Below the pieces are notes generated by a model that saw nothing but the letters and a program-made list of their open reading frames with translations, did no database searches and had not been told where the DNA came from. From an uncultured bacterium (GTDB lineage Bacteria; Krumholzibacteriota; Krumholzibacteriia; LZORAL124-64-63), in NCBI GenBank assembly GCA_963732385.1, contig CAVSZB010000005.1, positions 256,001 through 320,000 of the forward strand: 64,000 nucleotides of DNA, read 5' to 3'. How positions within the stretch are numbered: the stretch's first letter is position 1; each line of letters begins with the position of its first letter. The translations under genes and the position numbers were made by a program. Positions 1 through 8,339 of this stretch are shown here, one piece after another.

Positions 1-629
1 GCCGCGGCAACAACCAGCACCATGGCCAGTAGATATGGATGAATCATGGTCGTTGCCAAGATCAGCAACACCCACCGAAACGAATTTCGGCGCGACGACG
101 GACCAGCGTAGAGCGCCAGCGCCAGCAGCAGGAGGCCGTGCGCGGACAGAGCGATGTGCGCCCAGCGGTCGCAGAACGCCGGCATCAGCAGAAAGAGCAA
201 TGAACCGAGCCCGCGCTGGACGCGATCGCGGAGGATCCGCCCCAGCAGAAGCCAGGCCGCAACGGCCTGCAGAACATGGGCAACCAGGAGCCACGCACCG
301 AGGTACTGCCACGGCCGCGAGATCCATGCGAAGAGCAGCTTGGCGGGAATCGCTACCAGCGGGATGCCGTCCACGAGCGGGATGGACGACCCCAGCGGCG
401 CGCCGTAGCCGCGGATCATGCCCAGCGGAAAACCCCAAGGCTCGGTCTGGAAGGAGCGCCAGGCGAGCTGGGTCATGGCAGTGTCGCCGCCACCGAAGCA
501 CCACTGAATGCTTGCAGGATTCAGGACATTCCAGCCGAACCGCCAATAGAAGAGCAGCGCACCAGCAAAACCCATGGCGACGAGTGCAAGGCGGTCGGGG
601 GAAACAACGGGTCGTGTCAGGATCCTCAC
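1..629 (-). CDS. DUF6311-like polytopic membrane protein (GT-C/YfhO-like), runs off the left edge
   Basis: Absent from the ORF track because it has no stop in the window. Hand translation from GTG 629 (SD-like GGGAGG upstream): MRILTRPVVSPDRLALVAMGFAGALLFYWRFGWNVLNPASIQW...AWRSFQTEPWGFPLG...SSIPLVDGIPLVAIPAK...PWQYLGAW...HPYL, resembling DUF6311 N-termini. Confidence 0.7.
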   Translation of the reverse strand, partial: MRILTRPVVSPDRLALVAMGFAGALLFYWRFGWNVLNPASIQWCFGGGDTAMTQLAWRSFQTEPWGFPLGMIRGYGAPLGSSIPLVDGIPLVAIPAKLLFAWISRPWQYLGAWLLVAHVLQAVAAWLLLGRILRDRVQRGLGSLLFLLMPAFCDRWAHIALSAHGLLLLALALYAGPSSRRNSFRWVLLILATTMIHPYLLAMVLVVAA

Positions 630-717
630 CGGCGGGCGCCTCCCTGCGGTCAAACCAATCGCAACAACCGAAAACTCCGTCCTGTTTCTCCCGGAATCCC
701 CGTTCACCCTGCCCGCG

Positions 718-776
718 TGGCAGCTACGGTGAATTGAACATAACAGTTCTCCATGCTGAAACTACTCCTGCGCGCC
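718..776 (-). promoter_or_regulatory. Conserved upstream element, copy A (homologous to 6003-6063)
   Basis: Minus strand GGCGCGCAGGAGTAGTTTCAGCATggagaacTGTTATGTTCAATTCACCGTAGCTGCCA, ending 88 nt before the GTG at 629; contains an extended -10-like TGtTATGTT. Confidence 0.6.
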
Positions 777-785
777 TGCCGGCGC

Positions 786-3700
786 CTACTTCACCAGCGT
801 CATGCGCTTCGTGTCGTTGAACGACCCCGCTTCCAGCCGGCAGAAGTACACGCCAGCCGCCACGCTCCGGCCGGTGTCGTCGCGACCTGACCAGACACTC
901 TCCCGGCGGCCCGCCTCGGCCCATTCGCCGCTCACGAGCGTGCGCAGCAGCCGGCCCGACAGGTCGAAGACCTTCAGGCTGACCCTGGCCGGAGCAGGCA
1001 GATCGTAGCGGATCGTGGTGACCGGATTGAACGGATTGGGCACGCACTGGTGGAGCGCGAAATTCGTCGGCAGGGTTTCGGGTACTGCCGTCACCTGATC
1101 CACCACCGCCGCCGCGCTCTCGTTGCCGGCATGGTCGGACGCCGTCAGCAGGAAGTAGCCGTGCGGGAATTCCGCCACGTTCAGGCTGGTGCCGATCGTG
1201 TGATCGATCAGGACCGCGGTTTCGTCGAGGTGGTCGACCGCCGAACCGTAGACGGTGTAGTACTGGAAGTCCGGTTCGGGCGAGGAGGCCCAGACCAGGA
1301 GCGAATTCGCGTCCATCTGGAACCCGCCCGGCACGGCCGGCGCGATGTTGTCCACCGAGTAGCCGCTGTCGGGCGGGCTGGCGAACCAGACCGCCGGCGT
1401 GGTCGTGTGGGCCGTGACCAGATAGACGGCGTAGGGGAGGCCGGCGGCCGAAGAGTCGGCGAAGGTCCGCGCGGGGAAGAGGTACCGGTCCTGCTGCATC
1501 GCGGCCAGGCTGCCCAGCACCTCCCAGGTCCCGGGCGGGATCCCCGCCGCCTCGAGAGCGAGGTCAGAGACCACAAACTTCCGCTCGCCGACCGGCAGCA
1601 CCGGCATCCCGGTGGACGCCTCCGCGACGGCGGCCGGCAGCTTGTCGCCGGCAACCCCGGCCACCCCGATCGTTTTCAACAAGGCCGGGTCGTCCACGCG
1701 GCGCAACACGTTGTAGGTCTGGATGGGCCAGGCGGCCTCGTCGGCGAAATCGTACCCGGAGCGGCTGAAGGTGAGCCGGACCTCGCCCCCCTGGTCGGCC
1801 GGCAGATCGGCGACCGAGGTGATGACCGCGCTGTCGTGCAGCCACTCCAGATCCAGCAGCGAGCAGGTGGGATTGACCATGGCGGCGGCATCCAGGTACC
1901 GATGCTTGCTCTGCCAGAGCAGGAAGGTGCCGGAGGCGTCGAATGTCCGCCACTCTCCGTCGGGCAGGAACGCCTGCCAGTCGGCGCCGTCGTCCGCGCT
2001 GAGCGCCCAGGCGATCGAATCGGTCTGCACGGTCGAAAGCCGAGCGCGAACGATCGGCAGGTCGTGTTGATTCACGGCCAGCGAACGCCCCGTGTCGCGG
2101 CTCGTGTCGAGGAGGCGCTGGAACACCTGCACGACCTGCAGCCCGCCCAGCTGATCCGCCACGAACGCCTGGTCGCCCGACACCGCGACGCCGAGCGCCT
2201 GGCCCGGCGTGTCGAAGCTCCCCAGCCACATCGGATCCTGGGGGTTGGAAATGTCGAAGACCTCCAGGCCCGCGTAGGAGGAGGCCACGAAAGCATACCT
2301 TCCTGCGACGGTGATGTCGTAGGCCGAGGAGGCTGTGGCGTGGCTGCCAGCGTACACCGGCAGGGCCGGATCGGAGACGTCGATCACGACGATCCCGCCC
2401 CCTTCGTCCGCGACGTACGCATAACGGCCCGCGACGGCCACCTTCCTGGCGATTCCCGCAGTATTGAAGGTCCCGGTCAGGGCAGGATGCTTGGGATCGG
2501 AGACGTCGATCACCAGGAGGCCCGAGGAGCCGTCCGCGACGTAGGCGAAGCGGCCGGCGAGGGCAACGCCGACGGCGGATCCCGGGGTGTTGTAAGTTCC
2601 GGCCAGGGCGGGATGCGCCGGGTCCGAGACATCGACCACCTGGAGGCCCGAAGACATGTCGGCGACGAAGGCGTACTTTCCCGAGACGGCAACGCACTGG
2701 GCGTTGGTCGGGCTATCGTAGGTTCCCGACAGGGTGGGGTTCGCCGGATCCGCCACATCGATCACCAGAAGGCCGGACGTGTAGCCGGCGACGTACGCGT
2801 GGTTGCCCGCCACCGTCACCCCGTAGGCGAAGGTGGGGACGGCGCAATGCCCGGCCAGGACGGGCTGCGACGGATCGGTCACGTCGAGCACCTGGAGACC
2901 GTTGGCGTAGTCGGCCACGTAGGCGTAATTGCCCGAGACGGTCACGCCGGCGGTGGAAGAGGAGGTCGGGTAGCTGCCGGCCGGAGCCGGTGGCGTCGGG
3001 TTGGCGATCCTGACCACCTGCAGGCCGGTAGTGCCACCTGCCACGACGGCGACATCCCCCTCGACCGCCACGCCGAACGCCTCGCCCGGCAGGGAGCAGG
3101 TGTCGTAGAGGGCGGGGTGCGCCGGATCGGCGATGTCCACGACCTGCAGGCCCGAGCCGGGAACCGTCACATAGGCGTAGCGCCCCGCGACGGCGACCCC
3201 ACGCTCGACCGACGGGTAGGGGAGGGTGTAGCTGCCCGCGTGAGCGGGGTTCCCGGGGTCGGACAGATCGATGATCTCGAAGCCGGAAAGGGCAATGAAG
3301 GGGCTTCCCACGAGGGCGTAGTGCCCGGCCATGACCACTTCGGAGGCGAATCCCGCCGGGTACGAACTGACCAGCCTGACGGCTGAGCGCACGATCGTGC
3401 CGTTATAGCCCACGACCGTACCGGTGTTCTTGTCGGAGAAATCAACGCCCGTCAGAGCATTGCCGGTGCCGCTGTCCTGCAGGACCCAGTCGGCCCCGCC
3501 GTTGGTCGTCCGCAGGATCGAGCCTAAGGCGCCCACGGCGGTGCCCGTGTTTACGTCGGCGAAGTCGACGGTGTAGAGCCAGTTGGTGGTGCCGCTGGTC
3601 TGGGGCACCCACGAGGCCCCGCCGTTGGTCGTCCGCAGGATCAGGCCGTTGTTCCCGACGACGGTGCCGACAGTCGAGTTCACGAACGAAACCCCGTAGA

Positions 3701-4904
3701 GCACATCCGCCGTGCCGCTGGTCTGAGGCGTCCAGGTGGCGCCGCCGTTCGTCGTCCGCACGATCGTGCCGATATTACCCACGGCCGTGCCGGTGTTCAG
3801 ATCGGTGAAGGAGAGCCTGTAGAGGAATTCGGTCGTGCCGCTGGTCTGGGGCGCCCAGGAGGCCCCGCCATTCGTTGTCCGCAGGATCGTGCCGCTCCCT
3901 CCCACTGCGGTTCCCGTGTATGTGTTGACGAACCACACATCCATCAGGTCTTTGGTAGTGCCGCTGTTCTGGGGCGTCCAGGAGGCGCCGCCGTCCGTCG
4001 TCCGCAGGATGAGGCCCCCCACCCCCACCGCGGTGCCCGTATTCGCGTCCGAGAACCAGACGCCGTTCAACTGGAACGCGGTGCCACTGGTCTGGGGCGT
4101 CCAGGTGACCCCGCCGTCGATCGTGCGCAGGATCGTGCCGGTCCGCCCCACCGCCGTGCCGGTGTTGGCGTCCCTGAAATGCACGTCCGTGAGGTATTCG
4201 CTCGTGCCGCTGGTCTGGAGGGTCCACCGGGGCGCTTCGAGCACCTGCAGGCCGCCGCTCCAGTCCGCCACGCAGATCAGCTGCCCGAAGAGGGCGACCT
4301 TGAAGGCGTTGCCCGGAGTATCGTAGCTCCACGCGAAGGTGGGGCTGGCGGGGTTCCGGATGTCGATCACCTGGAGGCCGGAGAAGCCGTCGGCCACATA
4401 GGCGAGATGCCCGGCCACGACCACGCCCTGGGCCGAGCCGGGAGTATCGTAGGTCCCCACGATCACCGGATTCGCGGGGTCGGAGACGTCGATCACCTGC
4501 AGACCGAGCCCGCCGTCGGCCACGCAGGCGAAATTCCCCCAGGCCGCGACATCCTCGCGCCCGCCCGGCGTGCTGCAGGTTCCCACGAGCGCGGGGGCCG
4601 CCGGGTCGGAGAGGTCCACGACCAGCAGCCCGGCGGCGGTGTCGAGCACGTAGGCGTAATTCCCCGCGAACGCGACCTTGACGGCGGTGCCGGGGGTTGC
4701 ATACGCCCCGGCGACCGTCAACGCGAACGGGGGCAGCCGCAGCTCGCACGCCACCGTGTCCCATCTGGCGGTGGTGTTGAGCGGGTCGCGGTACTGCCGG
4801 GTGGAGAAGTCCTCCAGGTAGCGGACCTGGCCCGCAGCGGCGGCGCCGGCGCAAAGCAACGCCGTGAGCAGAAAGAGCAATCTGGTCGATGGAATGGTTT
4901 TCAT
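786..4904 (-). CDS. Large secreted surface protein: 14 LVIVD repeats with an inserted YCF48/BNR-like propeller, then DQGG/FnIII module and FlgD-Ig C-terminal domain
   Basis: Signal peptide MKTIPSTRLLFLLTALLCAGAAAAG; repeats AYVAD..GLQVIDVSDP..P; 7 repeats W.PQTSGT...GTAVG..G.ILRTT.GG; C-terminus PNPFNP...GRLLRTL...GVYFCRL...KRMTLVK. Confidence 0.85.
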   Translation of the reverse strand: MKTIPSTRLLFLLTALLCAGAAAAGQVRYLEDFSTRQYRDPLNTTARWDTVACELRLPPFALTVAGAYATPGTAVKVAFAGNYAYVLDTAAGLLVVDLSDPAAPALVGTCSTPGGREDVAAWGNFACVADGGLGLQVIDVSDPANPVIVGTYDTPGSAQGVVVAGHLAYVADGFSGLQVIDIRNPASPTFAWSYDTPGNAFKVALFGQLICVADWSGGLQVLEAPRWTLQTSGTSEYLTDVHFRDANTGTAVGRTGTILRTIDGGVTWTPQTSGTAFQLNGVWFSDANTGTAVGVGGLILRTTDGGASWTPQNSGTTKDLMDVWFVNTYTGTAVGGSGTILRTTNGGASWAPQTSGTTEFLYRLSFTDLNTGTAVGNIGTIVRTTNGGATWTPQTSGTADVLYGVSFVNSTVGTVVGNNGLILRTTNGGASWVPQTSGTTNWLYTVDFADVNTGTAVGALGSILRTTNGGADWVLQDSGTGNALTGVDFSDKNTGTVVGYNGTIVRSAVRLVSSYPAGFASEVVMAGHYALVGSPFIALSGFEIIDLSDPGNPAHAGSYTLPYPSVERGVAVAGRYAYVTVPGSGLQVVDIADPAHPALYDTCSLPGEAFGVAVEGDVAVVAGGTTGLQVVRIANPTPPAPAGSYPTSSSTAGVTVSGNYAYVADYANGLQVLDVTDPSQPVLAGHCAVPTFAYGVTVAGNHAYVAGYTSGLLVIDVADPANPTLSGTYDSPTNAQCVAVSGKYAFVADMSSGLQVVDVSDPAHPALAGTYNTPGSAVGVALAGRFAYVADGSSGLLVIDVSDPKHPALTGTFNTAGIARKVAVAGRYAYVADEGGGIVVIDVSDPALPVYAGSHATASSAYDITVAGRYAFVASSYAGLEVFDISNPQDPMWLGSFDTPGQALGVAVSGDQAFVADQLGGLQVVQVFQRLLDTSRDTGRSLAVNQHDLPIVRARLSTVQTDSIAWALSADDGADWQAFLPDGEWRTFDASGTFLLWQSKHRYLDAAAMVNPTCSLLDLEWLHDSAVITSVADLPADQGGEVRLTFSRSGYDFADEAAWPIQTYNVLRRVDDPALLKTIGVAGVAGDKLPAAVAEASTGMPVLPVGERKFVVSDLALEAAGIPPGTWEVLGSLAAMQQDRYLFPARTFADSSAAGLPYAVYLVTAHTTTPAVWFASPPDSGYSVDNIAPAVPGGFQMDANSLLVWASSPEPDFQYYTVYGSAVDHLDETAVLIDHTIGTSLNVAEFPHGYFLLTASDHAGNESAAAVVDQVTAVPETLPTNFALHQCVPNPFNPVTTIRYDLPAPARVSLKVFDLSGRLLRTLVSGEWAEAGRRESVWSGRDDTGRSVAAGVYFCRLEAGSFNDTKRMTLVK
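3384..4226 (-). repeat. Seven tandem ~123-nt (41-aa) coding repeats, YCF48/BNR-like beta-propeller blades
   Basis: Repeated gtgccgctggtctgggg.../ccgcaggatc DNA blocks; protein unit W..QTSGT...L..V.F.D.NTGTAVG..G.ILRTT.GG. Confidence 0.85.
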
Positions 4905-5339
4905 GACCCCCCCATGGATTCGGCACGCAACTGACGGGAGCCGGTTCCCAGATGGCTCCCGCCGGGCCGGTCGCCCGGGATCCGGATCATCCGGGTGGTC
5001 CCCGCGCCAATGTGGGGGGATGGCAAGCCTTGTCGGTCCTCTCCCCCTTGCCCCGCCGACCTCCCTCCAGGTCGTTGGAAAATTGTACCCCAGTTGCAGT
5101 CCGCGCGTCGAGCCGGCCACCGCCGGTTCGCGGCCGGCCCGTCCCGAACACCTTGATTCAGCAGGGACTTCCGTCGACGATTGCCTCAGGTCCCTGGCTC
5201 CGTCGGCGCTGCGCCCGGCGCGAGGGAAAGCGGACAGGCTGGTCAATATCTCCAGAAATGGCAGTCAGAAACGAAACCACGCCAATTCTCCAACCGACGG
5301 TTGGGGAATTGGCGTGGACAACCCGACGGTCGCTGCGCC

Positions 5340-5813
5340 TCAGCGCGCCGCGTCCGCCTGTTTGGCGTCGAGCAGCCGCTGCGCCTCGGCGAAGGCCTGC
5401 TCGAGCGACGCGGACGGTGCGGCGCCAGGACCCGCGGCGACCACCTGGCGCAGCGAATGCGTCCCCGCCAGCGCCACATCGGTTATGTGGTCACGGACCA
5501 GCCGGTCGATCGTCGCCACCTCCCGCTCCAGGTCGCAGGACGGGTAGAGGAAGCGGAATTCCATGGCCGCGCGCTGCAGGCGCGCCAGCGCCACCCCGGC
5601 GTCGCCCTGATTCGGATCGGCAAGCGCACCGCCGAGCAGGTCGAGATCATCGACCAGGATGTCCGCCGGATTGTTCTCGCGCAGCGTCTCGACGAGGAGC
5701 CGGCAGTCCCGACGCGCCGCCGACACCGCCATCGAATTCCCCTCGACGCCGGCCTGCTCCAACCGTCCCAGCGCCTCCTGCAGCGCCACCGCCCCCCGCC
5801 GCAGATACCGCAT
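5340..5813 (-). CDS. Hypothetical alpha-helical protein (start uncertain)
   Basis: 157-aa ORF with protein-like amphipathic composition and GC-rich third positions; an in-frame TAG lies at 5859-5861 upstream. Confidence 0.5.
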   Translation of the reverse strand: MRYLRRGAVALQEALGRLEQAGVEGNSMAVSAARRDCRLLVETLRENNPADILVDDLDLLGGALADPNQGDAGVALARLQRAAMEFRFLYPSCDLEREVATIDRLVRDHITDVALAGTHSLRQVVAAGPGAAPSASLEQAFAEAQRLLDAKQADAAR

Positions 5814-6002
5814 CGCCGCGTTCCCCGCCTGCCGCGTCCCCTCCGGCGCCTCTTCGAACTACCCGAGCCCCGGTATCCCGACCGCCGGCACATTCGACAA
5901 CTGCGGCACCCGCATCACCTCCCCCGGTTCCGGCACTGGCGGCCCCGAATGCGCATCGACCCGTTTCTCGGTCACGGAATCCTGAGCCCCGGCGCAAACC
6001 AC

Positions 6003-6063
6003 GGCGCACAGGAGTAGTTTCAGCATCGAGCGCCATGTTATGATCAGTCACCCGTAGCTGCCA
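6003..6063 (+). promoter_or_regulatory. Conserved upstream element, copy B (homologous to 718-776)
   Basis: GGCGCACAGGAGTAGTTTCAGCATcgagcgccaTGTTATGATCAGTCACCCGTAGCTGCCA, ending 89 nt before GTG 6153; extended -10-like TGtTATGAT. Confidence 0.6.
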
Positions 6064-6152
6064 TCCCCGCAGGACCGACGGAGCTTCCAGCAGGGACAGG
6101 ACTATCGGTTCCGCGCAGGGGACCGCTGAGCTTTGCAGAAAGCAGGGAGCCC

Positions 6153-8300
6153 GTGCTCGGCCTCTTCGTCCTGACCAGCTTTCTCTCCGCCGCGCTGCTG
6201 TTCGCCGTCGAACCGATGCTGGGGCGATTCGTATTGCCGCTGCTGGGAGGCAGTCCCGCCGTCTGGAACACCTGCGTGGTGTTCTTCCAGATCGTCCTGC
6301 TCGCCGGCTATGGCTACACGCACCTGACCACCCGCCGGCTGCGGCCACGCGCACAGGCGCTGGTGCACGCGCTGGTTGTTCTGGCGGCCTTCGTCTCGCT
6401 GCCGCTCGCGTTGCCCAATGGCGCCACCCCCCCCGTAACGGACATGCCGGCCGTCTGGCTGCTCGGCCTGCTCGCGGCCACCGCCGGCCTGCCCTTCTTC
6501 GCGGTCGCGACCACGGCTCCGCTCCTGCAGCACTGGTTCTCCCGCACTCGCCACCCGCGCGCCCACGACCCCTACTTCCTCTATGCCGCGGGCAACCTCG
6601 GCAGCGTGATCGGTCTGCTCGCCTACCCGCTGCTGATCGAGCCGGCGCTGGCTCTGCGCGCCCAGGGGGTCGCCTGGGCCATCGCCTTCGCGGGACTCGC
6701 GCTGGGTCTCGCCGGCTGCGCCGCCTTCATGTTGCGCGACGTGCGGGGCGGCGGCGGCGGCGGCGCGCCCGTCCCGACAGGCGCCGGCAAGCGCGGCAGT
6801 TCTGCCGCCGCCCCGTCGTGGAGCCGCCGCCTGCTGTGGCTCGTGCTGGCGGCCGTGCCGTCGAGTCTGACGCTCGGCGTGACCCAGTACATCTCGACCG
6901 ACCTCACCGCGATCCCGCTGGCGTGGATCGTGCCCCTGCTCGTCTACCTGCTGACTTTCGTGGCCGCTTTCTCGACGCGTATCCGACTGCCGCTGCGCGC
7001 TCTGGGCGTGGCCCTGCTGGTCGTCGCGCCCGGAGCGGGCGTCCTGCTCGCTCTGGCGGTGCATCAACCGGTGTTGCCGCTCATCCTGGCGCACCTGGTG
7101 GCGCTCGCCGTCGCCGCCCTCGTCTGCCACGGACGGCTGGCCGGCACGCGCCCGCACCCCGCGCACCTGACCGGCTTCTACTTCGCGATGGCGCTCGGAG
7201 GCGTGGTGGGCGGGGCTTTCAACGCCTTCGCGGCCCCGCTCCTGTTCGACTCGGTCCTGGAATACCCGATCGCCCTTCTGGCGGCCTGCCTCCTCGCTCC
7301 GGTCGGCGGCTGGCCGCAGCGGGGCAACGGCGCGGCGCGCGCCGTCGCCCGCACACTGCGCTGGTGGCGACCGGCTGCCGTCCCCCTTCTCGCCGCGGGA
7401 TTCGCCCTCGTCGCGCAGCATGCCGTCAACGTGGATCCAGGCGTGCGGGTCCTGCTGCGCTCGCGCACATTCTTCGGCGTGCACAAGGTCCTCGCGGATC
7501 GGGGCCAGTGGTACGACCTCATGAACGGCACGATCCTGCACGGAACGCAGTCACATCAGACGGATCCCCGCACAGGCTTCTACTGGGGGCGGATGCCGAC
7601 CGCGTACTACCACGAGTCCGGCCCGATCGGCGATGTCTTCCGCGTCTTCGGCGGGCAGCCCAAATTGGCCCGCGTCGCCGTGACCGGGCTGGGGGCAGGC
7701 ACTCTGGCGGCTTACGCTGTTCGGGGGCAGGAGATCGACTTCTACGAAATCGACCCCGAGGTCGCCCGCATCGCCTCGGACCGGCGTTACTTCACCTATT
7801 TGGCCGATGCGCGCGGGCGCGGCGCGGCCGTCAATGTCGTCATGGGCGACGGCCGCCTGACGCTCGCCCGCCACACCGGCTCCCCGTACGGCCTGATCGT
7901 GCTCGACGCCTTCTCGGGCGATGCCGTCCCCATCCACCTGCTCACACGCGAGGGAATGCTCGTCTATCGCGACCACCTCGCGCCGGGCGGCCTTCTCGCC
8001 TTCCACATCTCGAGCCAGTTCTTCGATTTCCGCCCCGTCCTCGCCGCGATCGCCAGGAACCTCGGCATGGTGGCCTGGTTCCGCGATGACTCGGAGTTGA
8101 CGGCTGCCGATCGGGACCGGGCGAAGCGCCCCTCCTGGTGGGTGCTGATCGCCCGCGCCGACGCTGACCTCGGCCCGCTCGCCCGGGACCCCAACTGGGT
8201 CCGGCTCTCGCCGTCGCCGCGGGTCCCGGTGTGGACCGACGATCACGCCAACCTGCTCGACGTCTTCATGCCGTCCATTTTTCCCGGCCGAGGGAACTAG
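6153..8300 (+). CDS. Membrane-fused spermidine synthase-like class I SAM-dependent transferase
   Basis: N-terminal TM region (LPLLGGSPAVWNTC, DPYFLYAAGNLGS, CHGRL...HLTGFY); C-terminal GLGAGTLA, YEIDP, GDGR, LDAFSGDAVP, WTDD. Confidence 0.85.
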   Translation: MLGLFVLTSFLSAALLFAVEPMLGRFVLPLLGGSPAVWNTCVVFFQIVLLAGYGYTHLTTRRLRPRAQALVHALVVLAAFVSLPLALPNGATPPVTDMPAVWLLGLLAATAGLPFFAVATTAPLLQHWFSRTRHPRAHDPYFLYAAGNLGSVIGLLAYPLLIEPALALRAQGVAWAIAFAGLALGLAGCAAFMLRDVRGGGGGGAPVPTGAGKRGSSAAAPSWSRRLLWLVLAAVPSSLTLGVTQYISTDLTAIPLAWIVPLLVYLLTFVAAFSTRIRLPLRALGVALLVVAPGAGVLLALAVHQPVLPLILAHLVALAVAALVCHGRLAGTRPHPAHLTGFYFAMALGGVVGGAFNAFAAPLLFDSVLEYPIALLAACLLAPVGGWPQRGNGAARAVARTLRWWRPAAVPLLAAGFALVAQHAVNVDPGVRVLLRSRTFFGVHKVLADRGQWYDLMNGTILHGTQSHQTDPRTGFYWGRMPTAYYHESGPIGDVFRVFGGQPKLARVAVTGLGAGTLAAYAVRGQEIDFYEIDPEVARIASDRRYFTYLADARGRGAAVNVVMGDGRLTLARHTGSPYGLIVLDAFSGDAVPIHLLTREGMLVYRDHLAPGGLLAFHISSQFFDFRPVLAAIARNLGMVAWFRDDSELTAADRDRAKRPSWWVLIARADADLGPLARDPNWVRLSPSPRVPVWTDDHANLLDVFMPSIFPGRGN

Positions 8301-8339
8301 CTCCCGCCCGGCGGCGCCATCTGGTTGCCGTCATCTTTC

